Shown here: piece by piece, positions 16,750 to 25,415 of the stretch
How positions within the stretch are numbered: the stretch's first letter is position 1
How the letters are laid out: the number at the start of each line of letters is the position of its first letter
Virus record (IMG/VR): IMGVR_UViG_3300033077_000380
Location: 1-37,465 of that record
DNA: 37,465 nt
Strand: one strand, 5' to 3'
From: a virus
Taxonomy: Duplodnaviria > Caudoviricetes
Notes under the pieces: model-generated
What the model saw: only the letters and a program-made list of their open reading frames with translations
What the model was told of the DNA's origin: nothing
Database searches by the model: none
Translations under genes and position numbers: made by a program

Positions 16750-16946
16750 CCGTTTCAGTTACCCATTCTACACCTGCAGACGGCTCTTTTAGTGCTGCAG
16801 GCGCTACAGCGTGGGACGCTGCTCATACCTTGTCAGGTGTAGGTACAATGGCTGAACAAAATGCTAATGCAGTTGCAATTACTGGCGGTACAATTACCGT
16901 CACTACATTAACTGCGACAACAGGCATTAGCGGCGGGGTATTCTAA
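16746..16946 (+). CDS. Small virion-associated protein ending in GISGGVF
   Basis: ORF track; Thr/Gly/Ala-rich; ATGA overlap. Confidence 0.7.
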   Translation: MTVSVTHSTPADGSFSAAGATAWDAAHTLSGVGTMAEQNANAVAITGGTITVTTLTATTGISGGVF

Positions 16947-17062
16947 TGAATAACTTTTTTGGCGGTGCATTTTTTGCAGGTGGGTTTTTTCAAAGTGTTA
17001 TTACTGCAGGTCAACAATTATGGATTGAAATACGGTCCTTTACACAAAGTAGGAGAATTTAA
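16946..17062 (+). CDS. 38-aa hypothetical protein (MNNFFGGAFFAGGFF...)
   Basis: Translated by hand; TAATG overlap upstream and abuts the next ATG. Confidence 0.65.
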   Translation: MNNFFGGAFFAGGFFQSVITAGQQLWIEIRSFTQSRRI

Positions 17063-17368
17063 ATGTCAGTTAACTTAAAAGCTATTACCACACGCCTAGG
17101 GTATCAGCAAATTACAGCACTTAGTACAGCTACAGGATTGACAGTTCCTTATGTTGACCTAAACGGACTTAATTGCAGACCATCTATTGCATTGATTACA
17201 CCTGAAACGCAAGCCGTTCGTTGGCGCGATGATGATGTCAATCCTACAGCATCTGTAGGTATGCCACTAGCAGCAGGCGTTACATTACAGTACGATGGTG
17301 ATTTGACTAAAATCAAATTTATTGAGCAAACAGCTAGTGCTAAAATTAATATCAGCTACTACGCATAG
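17063..17368 (+). CDS. Hypothetical virion protein
   Basis: ORF track; AGGAG RBS; beta-rich. Confidence 0.75.
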   Translation: MSVNLKAITTRLGYQQITALSTATGLTVPYVDLNGLNCRPSIALITPETQAVRWRDDDVNPTASVGMPLAAGVTLQYDGDLTKIKFIEQTASAKINISYYA

Positions 17369-17377
17369 GGGTTAAAA

Positions 17378-17875
17378 ATGGATATTTCAAACGGTAATGG
17401 CGGTATTAATTCAGGAAAATTAGTAGATTACTTTACTAAACAGTTCCTTAAAGACTTAGGCGAAATGGCTGCATTAAAAGCTGAACTTGAAGCTCGTCAA
17501 GGTGCATTGTCAGCAGTAGAAGATGCTAACAAGTTACGTGCAGATGCAGATGCGTATGCCGCGGCTAAAAAAGCTGAAGCTGACGACAATCTACTTGCAG
17601 CTAAACTTAAAAACGCTGAATCAGACATTAGAAAGATTAACTTAGATAAGACACTTGCTTCTTTTGAAGTAACTGCAAAAACAGTTAACGCAGAGCTAGA
17701 CGAACGCGAAAAAACACTATCAGGCAAGCTAAAAAGTTTGGTTGAGTCAGAAGCTGCCGTCGCTAAAGCTAACGAAAAAGCAGCATCTCTAATTGCAACA
17801 CTTGAAGCTGACCGCGCTACATTAGATGCACGTGTAAAAGCGTTCCAAGACAAAGTAGCATCAATTAACGTATAA
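17378..17875 (+). CDS. Coiled-coil hypothetical protein
   Basis: Ala/Glu/Lys heptad-rich, 165 aa. Confidence 0.75.
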   Translation: MDISNGNGGINSGKLVDYFTKQFLKDLGEMAALKAELEARQGALSAVEDANKLRADADAYAAAKKAEADDNLLAAKLKNAESDIRKINLDKTLASFEVTAKTVNAELDEREKTLSGKLKSLVESEAAVAKANEKAASLIATLEADRATLDARVKAFQDKVASINV

Positions 17876-17922
17876 AAAAAAACTGTACTAGTGCAGTTCA
17901 CTAGGGTTTCTAAGGAAACAAA

Positions 17923-18708
17923 ATGAGTGAAAACCAAGAAGTAGAAGTACTAGCGGAAGTACCCGCGCCAGAGACAGAAGTTACGACAGCTCCTGAAACT
18001 GATGCACCAGCAGTAGAAGTGTCGGAAGAAAAGCCAGCAGAAGCCTCTAAAGTATTCTCACAAGAAGAACTAGATGCAGCCATTGGCAAACGCTTGGCAA
18101 GAGAACAACGTAAATGGGAAAGAGATCGTGCTGCTCAGGCTTTAACACCTGTAGCGCCTAGAGATGTCCCTGCGCCCGATCAGTTTGAATCAGTAGAAGC
18201 GTATGCCGAAGCATTGGCAGTACAAAAAGCTGAACAGTTGATTGAGCAAAGAGAACAACAAAGGCAACAACACGAAATCTTAGAGTCCTATCACGACAAG
18301 GAAGAAGAAGCACGAGCTAAGTATGATGACTTCGAGCAAGTTGCATACAACCCTAGTGTTCCTATTACTCAAGTGATGGCACAATCTATACAAGCTTCTG
18401 ACGTCGGTCCTGACCTGGCTTATTACCTAGGGACTAATATTAAAGAGGCTAAACGTATTGCTCGTTTAGCGCCAATCTTACAAGCAAAAGAAATTGGCAG
18501 ACTTGAAGCAAAAATTGCTAACGAGCCTGTTACTAAGAAAACAACAAGCGCACCTGCGCCTATATCGCCTGTGACGGCTAAAGGTAGTGGTTCACCAGCG
18601 TATGACACGACAGACCCTAGGTCTGTAAAAACGATGTCTACATCTGATTGGATTGCGGCTGAAAGAGCTAGACAAGCAAAGGCATGGGAAGCGAACAAAA
18701 ATAGATAG
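17923..18708 (+). CDS. Capsid scaffolding protein
   Basis: Acidic N-terminus, helical core, PAPISPV motif, basic C-terminus; upstream of the coat gene. Confidence 0.8.
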   Translation: MSENQEVEVLAEVPAPETEVTTAPETDAPAVEVSEEKPAEASKVFSQEELDAAIGKRLAREQRKWERDRAAQALTPVAPRDVPAPDQFESVEAYAEALAVQKAEQLIEQREQQRQQHEILESYHDKEEEARAKYDDFEQVAYNPSVPITQVMAQSIQASDVGPDLAYYLGTNIKEAKRIARLAPILQAKEIGRLEAKIANEPVTKKTTSAPAPISPVTAKGSGSPAYDTTDPRSVKTMSTSDWIAAERARQAKAWEANKNR

Positions 18709-18736
18709 GTCTGATGATTTCATGTATAATGATTAC

Positions 18737-19297
18737 ATGAATAAAGCAGACAAAAATTATATGATGGCATCCTCTTATCAAGAGGTCGAAGAATTAAAGC
18801 GGGAACGCAATAAAGAAGCGGCAGCAAGATATAGAGAACGAAATCGGGAAAAGGTTAACCAACGCATGCGCGATTGGCGAGATGCAAATCGGGAGAAATC
18901 CCGTGAACATGCTCGTGAATGGCGTAATCGTAAGTTAGCGAATGGTACTGCTGAAGAAATTGCAGATTTTAGGGCAAAAGAAGCAGCTAAGACTAGACGC
19001 ACACAATCGGTATGCAAAGATGAAATTTATGCCGCGTATGGCGGATATATTTGTGCATGTTGCGGTGAATCTGAACCTATGTTTTTGTCGATAGATCATA
19101 TACATAATAACGGGGCTGAAGAAAGAAAAGCTGGGCTATACCGTGGAAGCGGAACAGCGTTTTATCAATGGCTTCGTAAAAATAAGTTTCCTTCGGGATA
19201 CCAAGTATTATGTATGAACTGTCAAGTCGGGAAACATAAAAACGGTGGCGTATGCCCTCATCAAACTTCCGCTAACTTAAAAGGAAACTTATTATGA
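18737..19297 (+). CDS. Free-standing HNH endonuclease
   Basis: Arg/Glu-rich helical N-terminus; CACCG...SIDHI...VLCMNC...CPH; start re-assigned to ATG 18737. Confidence 0.82.
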   Translation: MNKADKNYMMASSYQEVEELKRERNKEAAARYRERNREKVNQRMRDWRDANREKSREHAREWRNRKLANGTAEEIADFRAKEAAKTRRTQSVCKDEIYAAYGGYICACCGESEPMFLSIDHIHNNGAEERKAGLYRGSGTAFYQWLRKNKFPSGYQVLCMNCQVGKHKNGGVCPHQTSANLKGNLL

Positions 19298-20496
19298 GTA
19301 ACTCTATATTAACCATTGACATGATCACACGCAAAGCGTTGGAGATCTTGGAAAACAACCTTGTGATCACACGTAACGTGAATCGTCAGTATGATGATTC
19401 TTTTGCCGTAGAAGGCGCTAAAATTGGTTCTACTTTGCGTATCCGTTTACCAGATCGCGCTTTAGTAACTGATGGTGCAGCCCTACAAGTTCAAGATGAC
19501 AACGAACAATACACAACATTGGCTGTTGCATCACAAAAACACATTGGTGTTAACTTTACATCTGCTGAATTGACTATGCAATTAGATGACTTTGCAGAAC
19601 GTGTATTGAAACCACGTATCTCACAATTGGCTTCTAGCGTTGATGCTGACGTTGCAAACTCATACAAAGCTATCTACAACTCAGTAGGTACACCAGGTAC
19701 TACACCATCAACTTCATTGGTATTGTTGCAAGCTCAACAAAAACTAAACGAAGGTGCTGCTGTAATGTCACCACGTTATGCTACTGTTAACCCTGCTGCT
19801 AACGCTGGCTTGGTTGAAGGTATGAAAGGTTTGTTTAACCCAACTGACACAGTTTCACGTCAATTCAAAAACGGTATGATGGGTATGGGCGTATTGGGCT
19901 TCGATGAAGTTAATATGTCTCAATCAATTAAACAACATACTACTGGTTCATGGGGTACTGCAATCACAGTTACTTCAACAATCACAACTGAAGGCGCTAC
20001 ATCTGTAGGTTTAAGCTTCACAGGTTCAAGCAAAACTTGGAACGTAGGTGATGTATTCACAATCGCTAACGTTTATGCAGTTAACCCACAAACACGTGAA
20101 ACAACTGGTTCATTGCAACAATTCACAGTAACTGCTGCTGCATCAGGTTCTTCAACAACAACAGTTTCTGTATCTCCAGCTTTGTACACACCAGCTAACG
20201 CATTGGCAACTGTAGACAGCCTTCCAGTATCAGGCGCTGTGGTTACTATGTTGGGTTCTGCAGCAACGCAATATGCTCAAAACTTGGTATACCATAAAGA
20301 TGCAATCACTTTTGCAACTGCTGACTTGTTGTTACCACAAGGCGTAGACATGGCTTCACGTCAAGTACACAATGGCATCTCACTACGTGTTGTTCGTCAA
20401 TATGACATCAACAACGATCGTTTGCCTTGCCGTATTGACGTTCTATATGGTTATGCTGCAATTCGTCCACAAATGGCTGCCCGTATCTGGGGTTAG
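19294..20496 (+). CDS. Major capsid protein (P22 coat protein gp5 family)
   Basis: 400 aa; KIGSTLRIRLP; C-terminal YDINND...RIDVLYG; strongly biased codon usage. Confidence 0.92.
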   Translation: MSNSILTIDMITRKALEILENNLVITRNVNRQYDDSFAVEGAKIGSTLRIRLPDRALVTDGAALQVQDDNEQYTTLAVASQKHIGVNFTSAELTMQLDDFAERVLKPRISQLASSVDADVANSYKAIYNSVGTPGTTPSTSLVLLQAQQKLNEGAAVMSPRYATVNPAANAGLVEGMKGLFNPTDTVSRQFKNGMMGMGVLGFDEVNMSQSIKQHTTGSWGTAITVTSTITTEGATSVGLSFTGSSKTWNVGDVFTIANVYAVNPQTRETTGSLQQFTVTAAASGSSTTTVSVSPALYTPANALATVDSLPVSGAVVTMLGSAATQYAQNLVYHKDAITFATADLLLPQGVDMASRQVHNGISLRVVRQYDINNDRLPCRIDVLYGYAAIRPQMAARIWG

Positions 20497-20503
20497 CCTA
20501 GGT

Positions 20504-20525
20504 AAGCCCCACTTCGGTGGGGTTT
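20504..20525 (+). terminator. UUCG hairpin after the coat gene
   Basis: AAGCCCCAC-TTCG-GTGGGGTTT. Confidence 0.75.
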
Positions 20526-20553
20526 CAACAATAAATTAGTAAAGGAAATTATC

Positions 20554-20964
20554 ATGGCTCTTCCAAATGGTGCAGGTGGTTATCAAGTTGGTGATGGTAA
20601 CTTAGGTGAACTCGTTTTAGGGTATCAAGCAGTTCCTTTAGCAGTAGCGGCAACAGCTACGCTAACAGCAGCTCAAGTTACAGCAGGTATTTTAGTTGTT
20701 GGTGCAGGCGCTACTGCTGCTCAAACATACACATTGCCAGCAGCTTCTACAATCGACGCAATTCTTACTTCAGCTAAACCAGGCTCAACTTTTGAATTAT
20801 CTGTAGTTAATACAGGTACATCTTCAGGTACTGGCGCATTAGCTTTAGGTACAGGTTTTACTGATGGCGGCAACGCTACAGTAGCATTGGCAATTACATC
20901 AAGCGGTCTATTCCGTTTCCGTAAAACTGCTGATAGCGCATATACTGTATACCGCATAGGTTAA
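20554..20964 (+). CDS. Putative capsid decoration protein
   Basis: Follows the coat gene; Ala/Thr/Gly-rich with YTLP motif; strong RBS. Confidence 0.65.
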   Translation: MALPNGAGGYQVGDGNLGELVLGYQAVPLAVAATATLTAAQVTAGILVVGAGATAAQTYTLPAASTIDAILTSAKPGSTFELSVVNTGTSSGTGALALGTGFTDGGNATVALAITSSGLFRFRKTADSAYTVYRIG

Positions 20965-20973
20965 TGTAATAAC

Positions 20974-20996
20974 TCCACCCTTCGGGGTGGAATTTT
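20974..20996 (+). terminator. UUCG hairpin
   Basis: TCCACCC-TTCG-GGGTGGA then ATTTT. Confidence 0.75.
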
Positions 20997-21011
20997 AATA
21001 AAGGAAATATC

Positions 21012-21413
21012 ATGCCAAATACCAAAGCTACAGGCGTTGCGTATCTTGATCCTGAATTTAGCACATGCTATGCAACCGAAGAAATAGGTTACTCAGCAGG
21101 CGCACAAGGGTCAGTTACGCAAGCTACAAGCAAATCAACAGGTGTAACATTAAACAAATCTTCAGGTCAAATTACAATGAACGGTGCAGCATTAGCTGCA
21201 GGAACTACTGTTTTATTTACTTTAACTAACAACATTCTTTCAGCTAAAGATGTATTGATTGTTAACGTAGGTTCTGGCGGCACTAGCGGTGCTTACTGGC
21301 CTTACGTGGCTAACGTTGGTGCAGGATCAGCAGTTATTGGTGTTTATAACAATACTGCAGGTTCACTATCAGAAGCAATTGTAATTAACTACGCAGTTAT
21401 TCATAGTGCATAA
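21012..21413 (+). CDS. Putative capsid decoration/fibre protein
   Basis: VTQATSKSTGVTLN..SGQIT; strong RBS. Confidence 0.65.
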   Translation: MPNTKATGVAYLDPEFSTCYATEEIGYSAGAQGSVTQATSKSTGVTLNKSSGQITMNGAALAAGTTVLFTLTNNILSAKDVLIVNVGSGGTSGAYWPYVANVGAGSAVIGVYNNTAGSLSEAIVINYAVIHSA

Positions 21414-21437
21414 AAATAAGGGCTTCGGCCCTTATTT
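21414..21437 (+). terminator. UUCG hairpin
   Basis: AAATAAGGGC-TTCG-GCCCTTATTT. Confidence 0.8.
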
Positions 21438-21449
21438 ACAGGATAAAAA

Positions 21450-21629
21450 ATGGCTATTACTTATTTGAAACATGAACGACACGGCACTAAAATTGCTTAC
21501 ATGGAAGCAGAAGTAGAAGCAGATGCACAAAACGGCTGGGTAGTGTATAATCCAGATACGCCTGCTGAACCGACAGTAGTTGCGGCTCCCGTCAATGAAC
21601 TGGAAGTTAAACGACGTAGAAAAGAATAA
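21450..21629 (+). CDS. 59-aa hypothetical protein (MAITYLKHERHGTKIAY...KRRRKE)
   Basis: Translated by hand; AGGA RBS. Confidence 0.75.
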   Translation: MAITYLKHERHGTKIAYMEAEVEADAQNGWVVYNPDTPAEPTVVAAPVNELEVKRRRKE

Positions 21630-21640
21630 GGAGCCTTAAT

Positions 21641-22351
21641 ATGGCAACGGCTGGCGATCAAATTAACGGAGCGTTACGATTACTTGGCATTTTAGCCGAA
21701 GGCGAAACTCCATCTGCAGAAACATCTCAAGATGCGTTAACTGCACTAAATCAAATGGTGGACAGCTGGAATACAGAACGTCTAGCCGTATACAGTACGC
21801 AAGACCAAGTGTTTTCATGGCCACCTAACATACTATCAAGAACATTAGGCCCTACAGGTGACTTTGTAGGCAACCGTCCTATTTTAATGGACGACGCAAC
21901 TTACTTCAAAGACCCGTCAAACGGCATCTCTTTTGGCATTAAGCTTATCAACCAACAACAATATGATGGTATTGCAGTTAAAACTGTAACTTCTACATAT
22001 CCACAAGTCATGTGGATTAACATGAATTACCCTAACATTGAAATGTATGTTTATCCAAAACCTACAAAGATATTGGAATGGCATTTTATTTCAGTTGATG
22101 AGTTAACTCAACCTGCTACATTAGCGACAGAATTATACTTTCCACCAGGTTACTTACGTGCCTTTAAGTATAACCTAGCTTGTGAGATAGCACCTGAGTT
22201 TGGCGTGGAGCCAAGCCCACAAGTATCCCGTATTGCAATGGCATCTAAGCGTAATTTAAAACGTATTAACAACCCTGGCGATATTATGAGTCTGCCTTAC
22301 AGCATTGTAGGCACTCGTCAACGTTACAATATTTTTGCTGGTAACTATTAA
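21641..22351 (+). CDS. Head-tail adaptor (P22 gp4-like)
   Basis: TAGDQINGALRLLG...ALTALNQMVDSW...YNLACEIAPEFG; position in the operon. Confidence 0.75.
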   Translation: MATAGDQINGALRLLGILAEGETPSAETSQDALTALNQMVDSWNTERLAVYSTQDQVFSWPPNILSRTLGPTGDFVGNRPILMDDATYFKDPSNGISFGIKLINQQQYDGIAVKTVTSTYPQVMWINMNYPNIEMYVYPKPTKILEWHFISVDELTQPATLATELYFPPGYLRAFKYNLACEIAPEFGVEPSPQVSRIAMASKRNLKRINNPGDIMSLPYSIVGTRQRYNIFAGNY

Positions 22352-23790
22352 TGAAAAGTCCTATCTTAGGTCAGTCTTATGTAGCTCGGTCTATTAATGC
22401 TGCGGATAACCGCATGATTAATTTGTTTCCTGAAGCTACCCCTGAGAACGGCTTAGAGATAGGCTATCTTAATCGTGCGCCTGGACTAACAACATTATGC
22501 ACCGTAGGTACAGGTCCTATTAGAGGACTGTGGGCGCACCAATCAAACGGTACGGATGCGTACTGCGTATCAGGTACAGGCTTTTATCGTATCAATACAG
22601 ATTACACGTCAGAGTATATTGGTGAAGTGTTAGGCACAGGGCCAGTCACATTTGCCGATAATGGTACACAGATATTTATTGCCGCTAACCCATTAGGCTA
22701 CATTTACAACGAAGTAACTGACGTGTTTGCTAAGATTACTGATCCTGACTTCACAGGCGCAGGAACCGTATGTTATTTAGATGGTTACTTTGTCTATAAC
22801 GAGCCTGACAGCCAAAAGATTTGGATTACCCAGCTTCTTGATGGTACGTCTGTAGACCCGTTAGACTTTGCTAGTGCTGAAGGTTCACCTGACGGCGTAG
22901 TAGCACTTAACACTATTCATCGTGAGCTTTGGGTGTTTGGTACCGATACAACTGAAGTTTGGTATGACTCAGGTGCGACAGACTTTCCGTTAGTTCCTAT
23001 TCAAGGTGCATTTAACGAAACTGGCTGTATTGCAGCGTATTCAGTAGCCAAACTAGATAACTCTCTCTTTTGGCTTGGTAACGATCCTCGTGGGTCTGGC
23101 GTTGTGTTTAGGTCTAATGGCTATGCTTCGCAACGCGTGTCAACGCATGCAGTAGAGTATGCAATACAAAGCTATGGCACTATATCAGACGCTGTAGCGT
23201 ACACATACCAACAAGAAGGCCATGCCTTTTACGTGATTAGTTTTCCTACAGCAAACGCCACATGGGTGTATGATGTAGCAACAGGCTCATGGCACGAACG
23301 TGCTAGTTTGGTTAATGGCGAGTTTGCTCGTCATCGTTCAAACTGCCAATGTAACTTTCAGTCTACTACATTAGTAGGGGACTATGTAAACGGTAACATA
23401 TATAAGTTTGACTTAGATGTCTATGCAGACAATGGCGCACCGCAAAAATGGTTACGTTCATGGAGAGCGTTACCTAGCGGTCAAAATAACTTAAAACGGA
23501 CTGCACAGCACAGCCTACAGCTAGAGATTGAGTCAGGCGTAGGGTTAGTGCTAGGGCAAGGTGATGATCCTCAAGCCATGCTAAGATGGTCTGACGATGG
23601 CGGTCATACGTGGTCTAACGAACATTGGAAGTCAATGGGTAAGATAGGCGAGTATGGCTACCGTAACATTTGGCGTCGTCTAGGGATGACACAAAAGCTA
23701 CGTGATCGCGTGTATGAGGTGTCAGGAACTGATCCGGTTAAGATAGCTATTATGGGTGCGGAGTTAATCCTAAATGGCACAAACGCTTAA
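22351..23790 (+). CDS. Tail hub / packaged-DNA stabilization protein (P22 gp10-like)
   Basis: 479 aa with beta-propeller-like repeats; FASAEGSPD; WSDDGGHTWS; WRRLG. Confidence 0.85.
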   Translation: MKSPILGQSYVARSINAADNRMINLFPEATPENGLEIGYLNRAPGLTTLCTVGTGPIRGLWAHQSNGTDAYCVSGTGFYRINTDYTSEYIGEVLGTGPVTFADNGTQIFIAANPLGYIYNEVTDVFAKITDPDFTGAGTVCYLDGYFVYNEPDSQKIWITQLLDGTSVDPLDFASAEGSPDGVVALNTIHRELWVFGTDTTEVWYDSGATDFPLVPIQGAFNETGCIAAYSVAKLDNSLFWLGNDPRGSGVVFRSNGYASQRVSTHAVEYAIQSYGTISDAVAYTYQQEGHAFYVISFPTANATWVYDVATGSWHERASLVNGEFARHRSNCQCNFQSTTLVGDYVNGNIYKFDLDVYADNGAPQKWLRSWRALPSGQNNLKRTAQHSLQLEIESGVGLVLGQGDDPQAMLRWSDDGGHTWSNEHWKSMGKIGEYGYRNIWRRLGMTQKLRDRVYEVSGTDPVKIAIMGAELILNGTNA

Positions 23791-24166
23791 CTACACGCGG
23801 ATACCTGCACCTAGGGTTTCGCTTGTAGACCCACAGACAGGAATAGTATCAAACGAATGGTTTAGGTTTTTTAATAACCTTTACACAATATCGTATTCTG
23901 GAACTAACACGACTACAGCAGGTACGTATGGTTCGGCTACAAATGTAGCTCAGATAACAATAGATGCGTTTGGTGGTATTACAGAATTAAATAATGTACC
24001 GATAGCAATTAATGCTAGTCAAGTGGTAGCGGGTACGTTTAACGGATTAGGTTTTACTAATGGTACAATTAACAGTTCTACAATAGGTAGTGTAACGCCT
24101 TCAACGGGGACGTTTACTACAGCTACTGCATCAAAATATGTAGGCATATCAGGGGGAGAGTTTTAA
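23774..24166 (+). CDS. Tail accessory protein ending in GISGGEF
   Basis: ORF track; EWFRFF N-terminus and Thr/Gly-rich body. Confidence 0.65.
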   Translation: MAQTLNYTRIPAPRVSLVDPQTGIVSNEWFRFFNNLYTISYSGTNTTTAGTYGSATNVAQITIDAFGGITELNNVPIAINASQVVAGTFNGLGFTNGTINSSTIGSVTPSTGTFTTATASKYVGISGGEF

Positions 24167-25146
24167 TGGCTCAAACAGGCTTTACACCAATACAAATTTA
24201 TCGTAGCTCGACGGCTAGTGCAGCGCCTACATCGGGCAACCTTGTAGCTGGTGAACTTGCCATTAATACGGCTGACGGCAAACTGTTCTATTTAGATAAC
24301 CTTAACGCAGTTCAAGTGATTGGCTGGAAGCTAGTTCCTGTATCCGCAGGCGGCACAGGCACAACGACATCTACAGGCACAGGTAGTGTTGTATTAAATA
24401 CAAATCCATCATTAACGGGTGTAGTAGATTTAACTGCATGTACAGATGTAGCATTTCCTACATCAATCCCATCAAGTATTGTAACAACAGGAACAATTCA
24501 AGCTAATTATTTAGTTTGTAATGGTTCAATTCAATTAAATGGCTCAGCAACAGTCAACGCAACTCTTGATACAAACCAAACCACAGGAACATTAACAATT
24601 GGTGGCACAGGTGCTACAGGAGCAATTACTTTAGGTCAATCTACAAGCACACAGACAGTCAATATTGCTACTGGCACTACATCATCAGCTATTGTAAACA
24701 TAGGTGGCGCAGGGGCATCAATAGGCGCAATTAACATTGGCAGAAGCACAGGCACTCAAACAATTACGCTTGGAAGTGGTCTTGTAACAACATCTGCAAC
24801 AAGAACAATTAACATTGGAACAGGCTCTGCTGGCACAGGCATATCTAATGTAACCATTGGCAAGCAATCTGGAACTGTTAATCATACAACAATATTAAAC
24901 GGAAGATATGTAACGCTTAATGCAAGCACAACATTATCACTAGCATCCCCAACAATTAGTATTGGGCAAAATTTAGTACAGACCACAATGCTTGTTGCTG
25001 ATTTGCCTAGTTTGACTGGAGTGGTTACAGGTAGTCGTGCTTTTGTATCAGACGCATTAGCGCCTACATTTGGTTCAACAGTAGTAGGCGGTGGTGCAGT
25101 AGGTGTTCCTGTTTATTACGATGGCACTTCATGGAAGGTGGGTTAA
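24166..25146 (+). CDS. Tail fibre-like protein
   Basis: N-terminal P..L..GELAINTADGKLF domain; I.IG beta-solenoid repeats; C-terminal PVYYDGTSWKVG. Confidence 0.75.
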   Translation: MAQTGFTPIQIYRSSTASAAPTSGNLVAGELAINTADGKLFYLDNLNAVQVIGWKLVPVSAGGTGTTTSTGTGSVVLNTNPSLTGVVDLTACTDVAFPTSIPSSIVTTGTIQANYLVCNGSIQLNGSATVNATLDTNQTTGTLTIGGTGATGAITLGQSTSTQTVNIATGTTSSAIVNIGGAGASIGAINIGRSTGTQTITLGSGLVTTSATRTINIGTGSAGTGISNVTIGKQSGTVNHTTILNGRYVTLNASTTLSLASPTISIGQNLVQTTMLVADLPSLTGVVTGSRAFVSDALAPTFGSTVVGGGAVGVPVYYDGTSWKVG

Positions 25147-25148
25147 AT

Positions 25149-25415
25149 ATGGCACTATTAAAAGCAGTAAATACATCTTTTGGCATCGATGCCAATTATT
25201 GGAATATCTATTCTATAAGCGAAGATTTCAAAAACAAATTACTTGAAGTGGTTATCAACGGCTATGTAAGCAAAGAAGTGCGAGATGAAAATCTTAATCC
25301 TGTCGCATGGAATAACTTAACATTTTCTGGTGATGATTATATTCAAGATGCTACACGCAAAGCAGTTTACGAAAAGTTAAAAACAACCGAGTTTGTTGAC
25401 GCAGAGGACGCATAA
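25149..25415 (+). CDS. Putative tail fibre assembly chaperone
   Basis: Small gene after the fibre gene, ending YEKLK..EFVDAEDA. Confidence 0.55.
   Translation: MALLKAVNTSFGIDANYWNIYSISEDFKNKLLEVVINGYVSKEVRDENLNPVAWNNLTFSGDDYIQDATRKAVYEKLKTTEFVDAEDA

Noticed and set aside
18709-19293. Group I intron around the HNH gene
   Set aside because: Under 30 nt of non-coding flank leaves no room for a ribozyme core, and both neighbouring genes are intact
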